Source: an uncultured bacterium (GTDB lineage Bacteria > Zixibacteria > MSB-5A5 > UBA10806). Taken from it: DNA of 64,000 nucleotides. Shown here piece by piece: positions 9,002 to 19,723 of the stretch. A model generated the notes under the pieces. That model worked only from the letters and a program-made list of their open reading frames with translations, ran no database searches and was not told where the DNA came from. Position numbers and translations under genes: made by a program. Positions within the stretch are counted from its first letter, which is position 1. Every line of letters begins with the position of its first letter. The stretch lies in assembly GCA_965541585.1 (NCBI GenBank), contig CBEUCH010000006.1, forward strand, positions 146,719-210,718, given 5' to 3'.

Positions 9002-10993
9002 TTACCTCTTTCCCTTTAAATGCCTGTCAAACCATTTCAGAATCCATTCCAAGCGCACCATTCGTCTATCGGGACGGCCGCAACGTGAGAGGCCATGCGG
9101 CTCGCCGGGAAAACGGATCATCTCGACTTTCCGTTTCAGCTTTTTGAGCGATACGAATAGCTGCTCGGCCTGCTCGATGGGGCATCGCAGATCCTGTTCG
9201 GAGTGAATAATAAGAAGAGGGGTCTTGATTTTGGCTACATGTTTTATGGGAGACATCTCCCACCAGCTATCGAGATTTTTCCAGGGAGAACCTTTTATCT
9301 CGCGGTCTATATCGAAACCGAAATCGGATGATCCGTAAAACGAGACGAAGTTGGTAACCGATCGCTGGGTCACCGCTGCCTTGAATAGATCGGTATGCGT
9401 GATGATCCAGTTGGTCATATAGCCGCCGTAACTGCCTCCTGTCACACCCATCCTTTTTTTGTCTATGTATTTTTGCGATGCCATGTGGTGTGCCAGCGAC
9501 ATGCAATCTTCATAGTCAAATTGTCCCCAGGCGTTGATTATTACCTCGGCGTGCTTTTTTCCGTAGCCCTGTCCTCCGCGAGGATTACCGTAATAAACCA
9601 CGTATCCCCTGGCGGCCAGATACTGCATCTCGTGGAAAAATGTATAGCCGTACTGCACCGTGGGACCGCCGTGTATCTGCAGGATGGACGGATACTTCTT
9701 TTTCGTAGAGAAATTCGGCGGTTTGATAATCCAGGCGTGAATCGGATAGTTGTCGTGGCCGCGGACGATCATCTCCTCGGGCTTTTGAACATTCAGATCT
9801 TTAAAGAGCTTATCATTAAGGCGGGTCAATCGTTTCGGTTTTGAGTTTCCGGATGTATCGGATATGAATATCTCGGCCGGGGTTGTCCATCCGGAGATGG
9901 TCGAGACGATGTATTTTTTTCGCCCGGCAAGAGAAAACGCGGTCACGTGCAGTTTTCCGCCGATAACTCTCGATAAACGCCTCCCCGATGATCTCACCTT
10001 ATAAAGTCGGGTGGCGCCATTCTCGGAGACCTGGAAATAAATCTCTTTCCCATTGGCAGACCAAATCGGTGCTTGAGCCCAATGAACTTCCGCGGTATCG
10101 GAGATAGTAAGATCCATCGCCATTCTGTCCAATTTTGAGATCAGATCTACCGCTTTGCCGCCCTTGACCGATATTTTCCAGATATGTTCGTTCTCTATAC
10201 CCCAGGCGCCCTGCGGCTTATCGTTGCCGATGAACGCGATTTCCTTACCGTCGGGGGAGGCCGACATCGCCTCCACCGGACCTTCGGGTTTTTTGAGTTT
10301 TCGAGGTGTTCCTCCATTCGCAGAAACCACGAAAATATCGTCTTTCATGGTTTCTACATCGGGATGACGCTGAACATTGGTGATATAGGCGATTTTCTTG
10401 CCGTCGCCGAGCCAGACCGGTCCCCGTTCCCCATTCTTGCCACCGCTAATCCGGGTTCCTTTGCCGTTCTCCATATCATAAACATAGACATGCCCGCGAT
10501 CCTGCGGAAAGAAACCGGCATTATCGAGCTTATAGAATAACCTTGTGATGTGACGGAACACCGGTTCCTCTTTTTTCCCGTGCCTGTCCTTGGGAACCTC
10601 GTCGTTCTTCGCAAAAACACAGAGAATTTTCTTGCTATCGGGCGATACTGAGATATCGGAATACGACCCGTCATTGCCGACCAATAGCTTCGCTTCACCT
10701 CCGGATGTCGGCATCTTGTAGATGCCCTTTTTTTCTCCCCGTTTGGATATGAACACGATCCAGTTACCGTCGGGGGAGAAAACAGGGTTTGAGTCTTTGA
10801 CATCGCCGAACGTGTACTGCCTGAGATCCGTGCCATCGGCATTCACCATAAATATATGCGAGTAGTAATCTTTTTTGTCCTTCGCTACAACTTCCATGGT
10901 GAACATGATTTTGGATTCGTCCGGTGAGATCACTACGGTCCGCACGAACTTCATTCTTAACAGGTCTTCGGCTGTGATTTTCTTATTTTTCAT
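9002..10993 (-). CDS. S9 family peptidase (acylaminoacyl/dipeptidyl peptidase) with beta-propeller
   Basis: GGSYGG nucleophile, HGGP, DLRCP, EPHG; PD40-like SPDG repeats; AAGGAG RBS before 10993. Confidence 0.93.
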   Translation of the reverse strand: MKNKKITAEDLLRMKFVRTVVISPDESKIMFTMEVVAKDKKDYYSHIFMVNADGTDLRQYTFGDVKDSNPVFSPDGNWIVFISKRGEKKGIYKMPTSGGEAKLLVGNDGSYSDISVSPDSKKILCVFAKNDEVPKDRHGKKEEPVFRHITRLFYKLDNAGFFPQDRGHVYVYDMENGKGTRISGGKNGERGPVWLGDGKKIAYITNVQRHPDVETMKDDIFVVSANGGTPRKLKKPEGPVEAMSASPDGKEIAFIGNDKPQGAWGIENEHIWKISVKGGKAVDLISKLDRMAMDLTISDTAEVHWAQAPIWSANGKEIYFQVSENGATRLYKVRSSGRRLSRVIGGKLHVTAFSLAGRKKYIVSTISGWTTPAEIFISDTSGNSKPKRLTRLNDKLFKDLNVQKPEEMIVRGHDNYPIHAWIIKPPNFSTKKKYPSILQIHGGPTVQYGYTFFHEMQYLAARGYVVYYGNPRGGQGYGKKHAEVIINAWGQFDYEDCMSLAHHMASQKYIDKKRMGVTGGSYGGYMTNWIITHTDLFKAAVTQRSVTNFVSFYGSSDFGFDIDREIKGSPWKNLDSWWEMSPIKHVAKIKTPLLIIHSEQDLRCPIEQAEQLFVSLKKLKRKVEMIRFPGEPHGLSRCGRPDRRMVRLEWILKWFDRHLKGKR

Positions 10994-11272
10994 CACTGCT
11001 CCTTGAAAGGCTCGAAACAACGAATTCTTTTTACTCAACTTCTCTATCCTATAGCCGTGGCTTGAAAAAAGCAAGCAAAGAGTCGCCGTACCAATTAGCG
11101 TCCTGCCTGAACATCGTTATAGTCATCGCTTTTTGCGGACAAAATTACGGCTTGAAACGGCCATCAGCATTAGTTAGATTCTGCGGACTATTTTGTGAGA
11201 TTGACTCTCAAGTTTCCCGGCGGGGTTCGGAATGCGAGTAAGTCTAAAATCGACAGGTAAAGGATTCTAATA

Positions 11273-12169
11273 ATGAGCACACAAATTCCCTACCTTGGCC
11301 AGGCCTTCGCTCTCCTTGCAGCCGTGGTCTGGGCATTCGCAGTCATCCTGTTCAAGAAAAGCGGCGAGACGGTTCATCCCATCGCTCTGAACTTTTTCAA
11401 AAGCATTCTGGCCCTGGTTCTGCTGATTCCCACCATATTTCTCTTTGGAGAACCGGTCAGGGGATTATTCTCTACAAATGAGTATCTGCTTTTGCTTGCC
11501 AGCGGCGCCCTGGGTATAGGGCTTGCCGACACCTTCTTTTTTAAAAGCCTCAACCTTTTGGGAGCAGGGCTGTCGGCAATAGTCGATTGCCTCTACAGCC
11601 CCTTTATTATCGGGCTTTCGGTACTATGGCTGGCGGAGACTCTGAATCTGCTTCAGGTCGCCGGAGTGATAATGATTATCTCTGCAGTCCTGACCATACG
11701 CAAGGCGAATGATAAAGGGAGGATCAGCCGTCATGACCTGCTGTGGGGAATTTTCTGGGGCGTCATGGCCATGGCCACCATGGCGGTCGGGATCGTAATG
11801 ATAAAACCACTCCTGAACCGATCCCCTCTACTCTGGTTGACGGAAGTCAGAGTCATGGGGGGAGTGGCCACATTAGCTCTCGTGTTGCTGTTTCACCCGG
11901 GGAGACGCGAAATTGCCACGCCGCATTTAACCTCGCGTGGCTGGATGTATTTGATCTCCAGTTCATTCCTGGGAGCCTATCTGGCTATGATCGTCTGGCT
12001 GGCGGGGATGAAATTCACCATGGCGTCGATCGCCGCGGCGTTGAACCAGACCAGCAATATTTTTATCTTCATCTTCGCCGCTATTTTCTTAAAAGAACCG
12101 ATCACGCCCAAGCGTACAGCGGGGATCATTCTGGGGGTCGCCGGCGCCTTTTTGGTTACGTTCGGTTAG
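11273..12169 (+). CDS. DMT/EamA family transporter
   Basis: About 10 hydrophobic segments in two repeats ending LAE/LKE. Confidence 0.88.
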   Translation: MSTQIPYLGQAFALLAAVVWAFAVILFKKSGETVHPIALNFFKSILALVLLIPTIFLFGEPVRGLFSTNEYLLLLASGALGIGLADTFFFKSLNLLGAGLSAIVDCLYSPFIIGLSVLWLAETLNLLQVAGVIMIISAVLTIRKANDKGRISRHDLLWGIFWGVMAMATMAVGIVMIKPLLNRSPLLWLTEVRVMGGVATLALVLLFHPGRREIATPHLTSRGWMYLISSSFLGAYLAMIVWLAGMKFTMASIAAALNQTSNIFIFIFAAIFLKEPITPKRTAGIILGVAGAFLVTFG

Positions 12170-12267
12170 TGTAGCGTTGAATAAGGAGAGAGAAAATTCT
12201 ATTGATTTACCCGGGTCGATGTCTGTAATTTATATCAAATGCCGCATCTTGGGAATGTTAAGCCTGA

Positions 12268-13428
12268 GTGTGCAATCGATCCAATGTATTGAGAATTCAG
12301 ATGATCTCTATTAAAATACTTGCAAGGACAATTCCCGTAAATTGTATAATGCCGATTTTCATCTGCATAAGTTTAACGGGTGCGTCAAAATCCTTATCTG
12401 CATCTGAGGACACGATCTCCGTTGACACCCCGGCATTTGAAAAGAGAAGTTTATCGATATTGCCGATAATATTCTATTCACCTCAAACGAAACTCGCAGC
12501 CGGCGTTTTGCCTACATATATATATCGTAGCTCTGCGGAGAGCAGGCCATCCAGCGTAACATTTCCCGCATACTATACACTTAATAAGCAGATATCAATC
12601 TCGATAGAACCTCAAGTTTATTACAGGAACGGCCAGTATCGGTTGTCCGGCCTGTTGTATTATCAGAAATGGCCGGACCTGTTCTATGGCCTGGGGAATG
12701 CAACGTCGGTTGACGATGAAGAGGAATACACCACCAGGTCAGCCGGAGGGTCGATGCATTTACAGAGGCGTTTCGGATCGAGTTTATATTTCGGTGTTAT
12801 AGGCGAATTGTCACATAGTGAACTTATTGAGATCGAGGACGAAGGGATTCTGGCCGGCGGTGCTGTAACGGGCGCGGAGACCGGCACGGTCAGCGGCGCT
12901 GGAGTCTCGATAAGCTGGGATAGCAGGGATAATATTTTCTTTCCAGGGAACGGAAGCTACCATGTTGTCTCCGCCGCCTCTTACGGCAGCGTTCTGGGCG
13001 GCGATTATTTTTATAACGGATTTACTGTCGATCTGCGACAATATGCGGCACTCGATTCCAATAAGATCATCGCGGTCCAGGCATACGGAAGCTTTACCGA
13101 CGGTGATCCGCCTTTTGGATGGTTGCCCCGGCTCGGCGGAATAATTCGAGGATACTATCCCTTGAGATACATTGATAGAAGTCTGCTGGCCTTCCAGGTG
13201 GAATACCGGATGCACCCGGTGTGGAGGAGATTTGGTATAATAGGTTTTGCCGGGATAGGAGCGGTAGCCGATGGATTGTCGGATTTCAGATCGGACTATT
13301 TCAAATTCGCCGCCGGAGTCGGCATACGCTATCTGTTCATACAAGCCGAGGGGTTGAATATTCGGTTCGATATCGGATTCGGCGAGGAGTCATCGGAAAT
13401 CTACTTTAATATCGGCGAGGCCTTCTGA
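12268..13428 (+). CDS. Omp85/BamA-TamA-like outer membrane beta-barrel protein without POTRA domains
   Basis: DSRDN, IRGY loop, GVGIRY, terminal IGEAF; true start probably later (12301 or 12349). Confidence 0.8.
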   Translation: MCNRSNVLRIQMISIKILARTIPVNCIMPIFICISLTGASKSLSASEDTISVDTPAFEKRSLSILPIIFYSPQTKLAAGVLPTYIYRSSAESRPSSVTFPAYYTLNKQISISIEPQVYYRNGQYRLSGLLYYQKWPDLFYGLGNATSVDDEEEYTTRSAGGSMHLQRRFGSSLYFGVIGELSHSELIEIEDEGILAGGAVTGAETGTVSGAGVSISWDSRDNIFFPGNGSYHVVSAASYGSVLGGDYFYNGFTVDLRQYAALDSNKIIAVQAYGSFTDGDPPFGWLPRLGGIIRGYYPLRYIDRSLLAFQVEYRMHPVWRRFGIIGFAGIGAVADGLSDFRSDYFKFAAGVGIRYLFIQAEGLNIRFDIGFGEESSEIYFNIGEAF

Positions 13429-13578
13429 GATAAATGACCGGCCGCAAAAAATATCCTCGAAAATACCTATAAACATTCTGACCGATTTTTCGTAGGTGAG
13501 ATGGGTATGTCAATCTGTGAATTTCCACGTGTCTGAAATTGAAAATTTAAGCGATTTTCCCAATTAAGGAGGAAGGCG

Positions 13579-14772
13579 ATGAGAAAGTTTTTGTTGGCAA
13601 CGATCATGGTCATGGCCCTGGCCAATTTGTGTTTTGGCCAGACAATTAAGAAAGAATTCGATATCGGAATGGGCAATGAGCTGGTACTGGATCTTGGGAC
13701 CGGCGGCGGAATATATATCTCAGGCTGGGATGAGGAGAAAGTAGCGGTCAAGGTTCATATATCCGGCGTGGATGAGGATGATTATGATCTGGATTTCGAC
13801 GCAGGATCTTCGAGTATCAAGATTAGCAGTGATTATAGCAGTAGATGGGGACGGCACGACGGTGATTTCGAATTCGATATCAAGGTCCCGGAGAGATTTG
13901 ATATAGAAATTGAATCTTCAGGCGGTAGCGTTCACATCACCGGTGTCGAGGGGGAGATCAGCGGCAGTACGGCGGGCGGCGGTCTCGTCTTCTCAAAGGT
14001 CAGCGGCGATATAGACTTCCGGACGATGGGAGGGGAGATCACGGCATCCGAGGTAAAGGGACAGCTCAGGCTCGAAACTATGGGCGGCGGTATCACAATC
14101 ACCGATTCCGAGGCTGACGGCAGGGTCTCGACTATGGGCGGCAATATCCTGATGGAGCATGTTAAAGGCAACCTCAAGGGTTCCACCATGGGGGGCAATG
14201 TAACTTATAGAGATGTCAGCGGCAGATCTAATAGATCGTCGAAAAGGTCCAATGGGGACGAAGTGCATGTTTCCACCATGGGAGGCGATATCCACCTGGA
14301 TGACGCTCCCCAGGGAGCAAATCTCAACACCAAGGGAGGCGATATAACGGTCCGTTCGGCAGGTAAGTTCGTGAAGGCCAAAACCTTCGGGGGAAACATA
14401 GAGATCGACGAGATAGACGGCTGGGTAAATGCCTCGACATTGGGGGGCGACGTCACAGTCATTATGACAGGCGATCCCGATGAGGGTCGTCGTGATATCG
14501 AAATCTCCTCGCTGGGCGGCGAAATCACGCTGACCGTGCCCCCCGATCTATCCATGGAATTCGATATCGAGCTGGCTATAACCAAAAACTCTCACAGGGA
14601 TTACGAGATAATCAGCGATTTCGATATGAAGCAGGAAAAAACCAGAAAGTGGGATCGCAGCCACGGCAGCAAACGGAAATATATTTATGGCACCGGCACA
14701 GTTGCAGGCGGCAAGAACAAAATCGAAATCAGCACCATCAACGGGAATATCTATATAAAGAAGGGAACGTAG
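13579..14772 (+). CDS. DUF4097-like beta-strand repeat exported protein
   Basis: Signal peptide; many T(M/L)GG-x-I repeats; C-terminal STINGNIYI; strong RBS. Confidence 0.82.
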   Translation: MRKFLLATIMVMALANLCFGQTIKKEFDIGMGNELVLDLGTGGGIYISGWDEEKVAVKVHISGVDEDDYDLDFDAGSSSIKISSDYSSRWGRHDGDFEFDIKVPERFDIEIESSGGSVHITGVEGEISGSTAGGGLVFSKVSGDIDFRTMGGEITASEVKGQLRLETMGGGITITDSEADGRVSTMGGNILMEHVKGNLKGSTMGGNVTYRDVSGRSNRSSKRSNGDEVHVSTMGGDIHLDDAPQGANLNTKGGDITVRSAGKFVKAKTFGGNIEIDEIDGWVNASTLGGDVTVIMTGDPDEGRRDIEISSLGGEITLTVPPDLSMEFDIELAITKNSHRDYEIISDFDMKQEKTRKWDRSHGSKRKYIYGTGTVAGGKNKIEISTINGNIYIKKGT

Positions 14773-14795
14773 GTTCAATTTACATATAGACTCAG

Positions 14796-16193
14796 TTAAG
14801 ATTTCGTGGCATAAAAAGGTTTCCACTTCTCCGCCGCCGGCTTCGACGTTACTAAGCTTACCACTATCAAGCCGAGCAACGATATTAAAAGCGCCGGATA
14901 AACTGTCGGTATCCCCCACGGCCTGCCGGAGACCTCCCAGATCAGCGTCATGGCCATTCCCCCTGCCATCGATGAGACGCCGCCATAAGCGTTGGCCCGT
15001 TTCCAGAGGAACGCCGCCAGCACCGCCGGTGTTATACCCACTCCATACATGGTGTAGGCATATAATGCCATCTCCAGAATCCGGGTGAAAAATTTAACCT
15101 GCATAAATGCGAAAAGGCCGAGCAGAACAACCACTATCCTCGAATAGAGTATAATCCGCTTCTGCGATGCCTTCGGATTGATGAATCTTTGATATATATC
15201 GCGGATTATGTTGGTCGATGGCACCAGGAGAAAAGAATCGGCCGTGGAAACGATGACCGCCACAATGGCTGCCAGTAGAAGGCAGCCGATCACCACCGGC
15301 AACCCGAATTTGACCGTATGCAGAATCACCATTTCGGATTCGATATCCATGAAAAGTGAACTGCCTATAATTGCTATGATGACTATCAAAATCTCTATGA
15401 CAATCGTTCCGACTATCCATCCGATCACCGATCTTTTAGCCGTTTTTTCATCCCTGGCCGAGAAAAACCGCTGGTACATGCCGGATTCGCCCAGAAGCAG
15501 GAGCATCGTCGGCAGGGAATAGCCCATCGCTTCCATCAATGACATATTTCCCAGCAGCTGGAAATGAGATTCGGGAAGCCTGGCGGCTATTTCTTCCCAG
15601 CCCCCGGCCCCGTTTAAAAGAAAGGGCAATGCTATAAACAGACCGATTATCATGATGGCGCCGTTAACTACATCGGTATAGGCAACCGAGATCAGACCCG
15701 CCAGCACGGTATAGGCGATGACGAATACGGCGGTGATGATTATCCCCGTATCAACCGGGATACCTGTTACCAGGTTCAACACCATCCCGCCGGCCCTGAA
15801 CTGGTAGCTGACTATGGCAGTATAGGCGATCACCGTGACCAGCGTGCCCAGCATACGGGCGTATTTGTTATATCGTGCTTCGAGTATATCAGGGACAGTA
15901 TACTGAGCGAAGGCGCGCACGCGCCCCGCAATGAGATAGAGTATTATTATGGCAATCCAGACTCCGGCATCGAACCAGAGCGCCGGGAATCCTTTATCGT
16001 ATGCCAGGCCGGCGCCTGCTATTATGGAACCCGACCCGATCCAGGTTGCCAGCAGCGTACCGACCAGTACTTTCGATGAGAGCCGTCTGCCGGCAACCAT
16101 GAAGTCATCCTGTGTCTTTACCTGCCTGCTTCGATAAGCGCCGACAGCGATCAATATGAGCAGATATGAAATGATGACCCAGAAATAGATCAT
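14796..16193 (-). CDS. Sodium:solute symporter family protein
   Basis: DFMVAGR, ATWIGSG, VAYTD, QRFFSA, STADS motifs; multiple TM segments. Confidence 0.92.
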   Translation of the reverse strand: MIYFWVIISYLLILIAVGAYRSRQVKTQDDFMVAGRRLSSKVLVGTLLATWIGSGSIIAGAGLAYDKGFPALWFDAGVWIAIIILYLIAGRVRAFAQYTVPDILEARYNKYARMLGTLVTVIAYTAIVSYQFRAGGMVLNLVTGIPVDTGIIITAVFVIAYTVLAGLISVAYTDVVNGAIMIIGLFIALPFLLNGAGGWEEIAARLPESHFQLLGNMSLMEAMGYSLPTMLLLLGESGMYQRFFSARDEKTAKRSVIGWIVGTIVIEILIVIIAIIGSSLFMDIESEMVILHTVKFGLPVVIGCLLLAAIVAVIVSTADSFLLVPSTNIIRDIYQRFINPKASQKRIILYSRIVVVLLGLFAFMQVKFFTRILEMALYAYTMYGVGITPAVLAAFLWKRANAYGGVSSMAGGMAMTLIWEVSGRPWGIPTVYPALLISLLGLIVVSLVTSKPAAEKWKPFYATKS

Positions 16194-16386
16194 GTGGGGT
16201 TAATAGGGCTGATCCATCCCGATGTCAAACGATTAAGATCGAAGCTGTGGTTTCCAGTAAGCCGGGTGCCTTTTTGTTTAAACACATCTTGACCGCTATC
16301 GAAGTAATTTCCTACTTTAGGTCGGCATAGTGCGGGGACCGATAGGAGTCGTCCAATATCGACAGTGAACCTGAGAATTCGGGAGA

Positions 16387-16959
16387 ATGACGATGAAAAC
16401 AAGATGCGACTGGGCCAATTCGAATGATCTTATGATTCGATATCACGATACCGAATGGGGTGTGCCCCTGCATGACGATCGGAAGCTGTTCGAGTATCTA
16501 ATTCTGGACGGTTTCCAGGCGGGATTGAGCTGGTCGACAATCATCAATAAAAGAGATAATCTCAAGGCGGCGTTCGATGATTTCGATCCAGCCAGGATCT
16601 CAGGTTATGGCCGAAGGAAGATCGAAACCTTATTGAAGGATACCGGTATTATACGAAACAGACTGAAGATCGAGGCCTCGATCACAAACGCCAGGGTGTT
16701 TATGGATATCCAGGCGCAGTTCGGTAGTTTCGATAAATATATCTGGCAGCTTGTCGGCCATAAACCGATTGTTAATAAATGGAGAAAGATGAAGGATATT
16801 CCGGCCAGTACAACCGAATCCGATGCCATGAGTAAGGATCTAAAAAAGCGAGGCTTTAAATTCGTCGGCACAACAATTTGTTATGCCTTCATGCAGGCGG
16901 CCGGGATGGTCAACGATCATATAATATCCTGTTACAGGTATCGCGAGGTAATGGAATGA
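16387..16959 (+). CDS. tag: DNA-3-methyladenine glycosylase I
   Basis: RCDW, YHDTEWG, QAGLSW, IIRNRLKI, GFKFVG, NDH..C. Confidence 0.96.
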   Translation: MTMKTRCDWANSNDLMIRYHDTEWGVPLHDDRKLFEYLILDGFQAGLSWSTIINKRDNLKAAFDDFDPARISGYGRRKIETLLKDTGIIRNRLKIEASITNARVFMDIQAQFGSFDKYIWQLVGHKPIVNKWRKMKDIPASTTESDAMSKDLKKRGFKFVGTTICYAFMQAAGMVNDHIISCYRYREVME

Positions 16960-17429
16960 ACGATCAAAATAAGACGGCCGTTTCGGCCGGTTCAAAGGTG
17001 AGCCTAAGAGAAATCACTAAAGATACTGTCAGAACAATTTGCGATCTTAAGGTGGCCGATTCGCAGCAGAAGTTCGTCGCCCCCAACGCGGTCTCCATCG
17101 CGCAGGCCTATTTTTCCGATAAAGCGTGGTTCCGTGCCATCTATGCAGATGATTCGCCGGTTGGCTTTCTCATGCTCGAAAAAGATACCGAGAAGCCGGA
17201 ATATTTTCTCTGGAGGATGATGGTTGACGATAAGTATCAACGAATGGGTTTTGGATATAAAGCAATGATCCTGCTGATAGATTATGTGAAGACACTTCCC
17301 GATACCACTGAATTTATCACATGCTGTGTACCGGGCGAGGGCAGCCCTGAGGGATTTTATCGAAAACTCGGTTTCGAAAGAACAGGCGAAATGGATGGTA
17401 TCGAAGTCGTAATGCGTCTGGCGCTTTAG
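16956..17429 (+). CDS. GNAT N-acetyltransferase (spermine/spermidine acetyltransferase-like)
   Basis: Q-FVAPNAVSIAQA, YQRMGFG, FYRKLGF; ATGA overlap with tag stop. Confidence 0.88.
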   Translation: MNDQNKTAVSAGSKVSLREITKDTVRTICDLKVADSQQKFVAPNAVSIAQAYFSDKAWFRAIYADDSPVGFLMLEKDTEKPEYFLWRMMVDDKYQRMGFGYKAMILLIDYVKTLPDTTEFITCCVPGEGSPEGFYRKLGFERTGEMDGIEVVMRLAL

Positions 17430-17437
17430 ATCTACAG

Positions 17438-18235
17438 TTATTTCATAAATATCAACAGCCGCAAAACATCAAGATAATCGGTACAGTCATATCTTACCGT
17501 ATGAGTCCCGTCAAGCCGTGCACCCGGATAAAACGATGTTTTATACGCCAGCCTGTTGTCCTTGTATAAGACCTCCACTTCGAATTTGTCGGGTAAAGGA
17601 ATCTCACATTTTGACTTATCACCGCTTAGGGCCTTCTTTGCAGCCTCTTTAATCCTCTTTGCGGCTAGATTGGGATGAATGCTGATATTTGATGTACCAA
17701 GGCCCTCGCTAACGGCGAGGGTATGAATATGGGGATTAACGTTTTTCGCCTCGTCGCATATACCCTTATCTCCGGTAATCATGACAACCGGCACTCCGAC
17801 TGATGCGGCGGCATAGGCGTTGATTAGAAATTCCGAGGCAAACCGATCGTTGATCTTAATATGCATCGAGGAACCTGTAAGAGTGTGCGCCAGCGGATTT
17901 GTATCAGAACCGGCGCGCGAGTGATATCCTGTAAATACCGCTGCGTCATAAGATTCATCGATCCCTTGAACCATTGAGAATGGATGCCCGCTCCATTCAC
18001 GCAGGATTTTCACCTCCTCGGGCAGTCTTGACGCTATAATATTCCTGCCGGTATCGTGAGCGTCGCGGACGAGTATCTCGGTCGCTCCCGCCTCGATCGC
18101 GCCCTCGCAGGCGGCTACAACCTCGGCCGTCATCTGTTTTTGAAAATCAGCATAGTCCGATTTGCTCTTTAAGGTCTCATCCCAGTGGGTGATGCCGGTG
18201 GTGCCCTCGATATCCGCGCTAATGTATATTTTCAA
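17438..18235 (-). CDS. dppA: M55 family D-aminopeptidase
   Basis: ISADIEG, DAH, GYHS, AHT motifs. Confidence 0.9.
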   Translation of the reverse strand: MKIYISADIEGTTGITHWDETLKSKSDYADFQKQMTAEVVAACEGAIEAGATEILVRDAHDTGRNIIASRLPEEVKILREWSGHPFSMVQGIDESYDAAVFTGYHSRAGSDTNPLAHTLTGSSMHIKINDRFASEFLINAYAAASVGVPVVMITGDKGICDEAKNVNPHIHTLAVSEGLGTSNISIHPNLAAKRIKEAAKKALSGDKSKCEIPLPDKFEVEVLYKDNRLAYKTSFYPGARLDGTHTVRYDCTDYLDVLRLLIFMK

Positions 18236-18283
18236 ATCGCTCTCCTTCCATCTTCAAACCACGATAGCGCATTATAACCTTTA

Positions 18284-19063
18284 TTATCTCGATGTGAAAA
18301 TCGATTCTTCGTATTCATGGATCTTTTCGAAGCCCAATTTGCGGTAACATTTAATCGCCGGATGGTTGGCTGCGCCGACGTTTAAAGTTACCAGTCTTCC
18401 CTCGGAGACAAGTTCGTCAACCAGACGGGATGTGACAGCCGTGGCCAGCCCCCGGTTGCGATAGTCCGGGTCGGTGACGATATTGCCGAGCACCGAAATA
18501 TTGTATTCATCGGAGTACACATGTATACCACTGACGGCTACTATCCGGCCGCCATCGAAATATCCAAAATATTTCCCCGTCTGCAGCAGGCGAACATCAA
18601 AGTAATTCCCCGGATATGAGCGATCGTATAGATCTTTCAGATCCTCACTATTCGATAGATCCAACCTGGCTATTCGATCGTCTGAGACATTCGGTCGATT
18701 GCCGGCAGGCGGTTCCAGCTTCATCTTATGATGGGTTCCCAGCGACTCCTCGGTGAAACGCCTTAGAAGAATGGGACGATAATCTCTTTGAAAATGGCAG
18801 TAGAACCGGCCGGGCAACACCGGTAGAAGTTCGTCCAGAAGGTCATCCAGACCATGCCCGATTCCGAATGCCTGGACCGTGGGAACGGCCAGACCGTCAT
18901 AAATCAAGATCGATTCACTGATCTCTCCCCTGCCATCGAGGTTCGATGCCCACAGACAATCGTCGAAGTAGAAATCATCCAGATCGCCTATATGATACCC
19001 GAATAGAACAGGATCCTTCTCAAAGTGGCGATAAAGGAGATTTTTGTCCGTCGGGTATTCCAT
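18284..19063 (-). CDS. GNAT family N-acetyltransferase (C-terminal GNAT domain)
   Basis: GNIVTDPDYRNRGLA, NHPAIKCYRKLGF; start estimated. Confidence 0.85.
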   Translation of the reverse strand: MEYPTDKNLLYRHFEKDPVLFGYHIGDLDDFYFDDCLWASNLDGRGEISESILIYDGLAVPTVQAFGIGHGLDDLLDELLPVLPGRFYCHFQRDYRPILLRRFTEESLGTHHKMKLEPPAGNRPNVSDDRIARLDLSNSEDLKDLYDRSYPGNYFDVRLLQTGKYFGYFDGGRIVAVSGIHVYSDEYNISVLGNIVTDPDYRNRGLATAVTSRLVDELVSEGRLVTLNVGAANHPAIKCYRKLGFEKIHEYEESIFTSR

Positions 19064-19302
19064 AATTACCTTAGCAATATGCTGCCCGGGCGCTCCAAAT
19101 GTCAACAGAGTAGCTATCCCCTTTGCCCTGTCTAAATGATACGCAATTCGATGGAGTTATCCATAAATATAGGGTAAATCCCATAGTTTGGACAATCAGT
19201 CGTGGGGCAAGCCCTTGAACCCGAAAAAAACTTTCCATTGTAATTCACTGCGGGTCAATTAGTTATATGAGCCCATCAGACGTCTTAGCTTGTGATTCCA
19301 AC

Positions 19303-19318
19303 AGGTATGACTCTTGCT
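19303..19318 (+). promoter_or_regulatory. Putative sigma-54 promoter of the pilin operon
   Basis: AGGTATGACTCTTGCT, GG-N10-GC spacing, about 40 nt upstream of the first pilin gene. Confidence 0.45.
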
Positions 19319-19358
19319 TCCTACCTCTATCCGGATGGTAAAAAGCGAGGTGGAAACG

Positions 19359-19715
19359 ATGATGAAAATATCAAAAAAGCAGGATGGCTTTACTCTGATA
19401 GAGGTTATGGTCGGCATGATTATTCTGTCTTTAGGCCTGCTACTTCTGATGCCGATGATGGTAACCTCCATGCAGGCCAACGATTTTGCCCGGGGCGCTA
19501 CGGAGGCCTCAATGCTGATCAAAGACAAGATGGAGGAGTTGAAGAACATGGATCCTCCGACGTCCGGAGTTGATACATTGGGCACCGCGGAGCGAACCTG
19601 GGCTGTCTCCAATGCGGGCTCGAATCTCTGGCGTCTCGATGTTACCATTTCCTGGACCGACCGCCATGATCTGGGCCATTCGAACACCGTTTCATCATAC
19701 ATGTCAACAAGGTAG
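19359..19715 (+). CDS. PilV-like type IV minor pilin
   Basis: Prepilin motif QDG^FTLIEVMV; GAGGTGG RBS before ATG 19359. Confidence 0.88.
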   Translation: MMKISKKQDGFTLIEVMVGMIILSLGLLLLMPMMVTSMQANDFARGATEASMLIKDKMEELKNMDPPTSGVDTLGTAERTWAVSNAGSNLWRLDVTISWTDRHDLGHSNTVSSYMSTR

Positions 19716-19723
19716 GTGATACA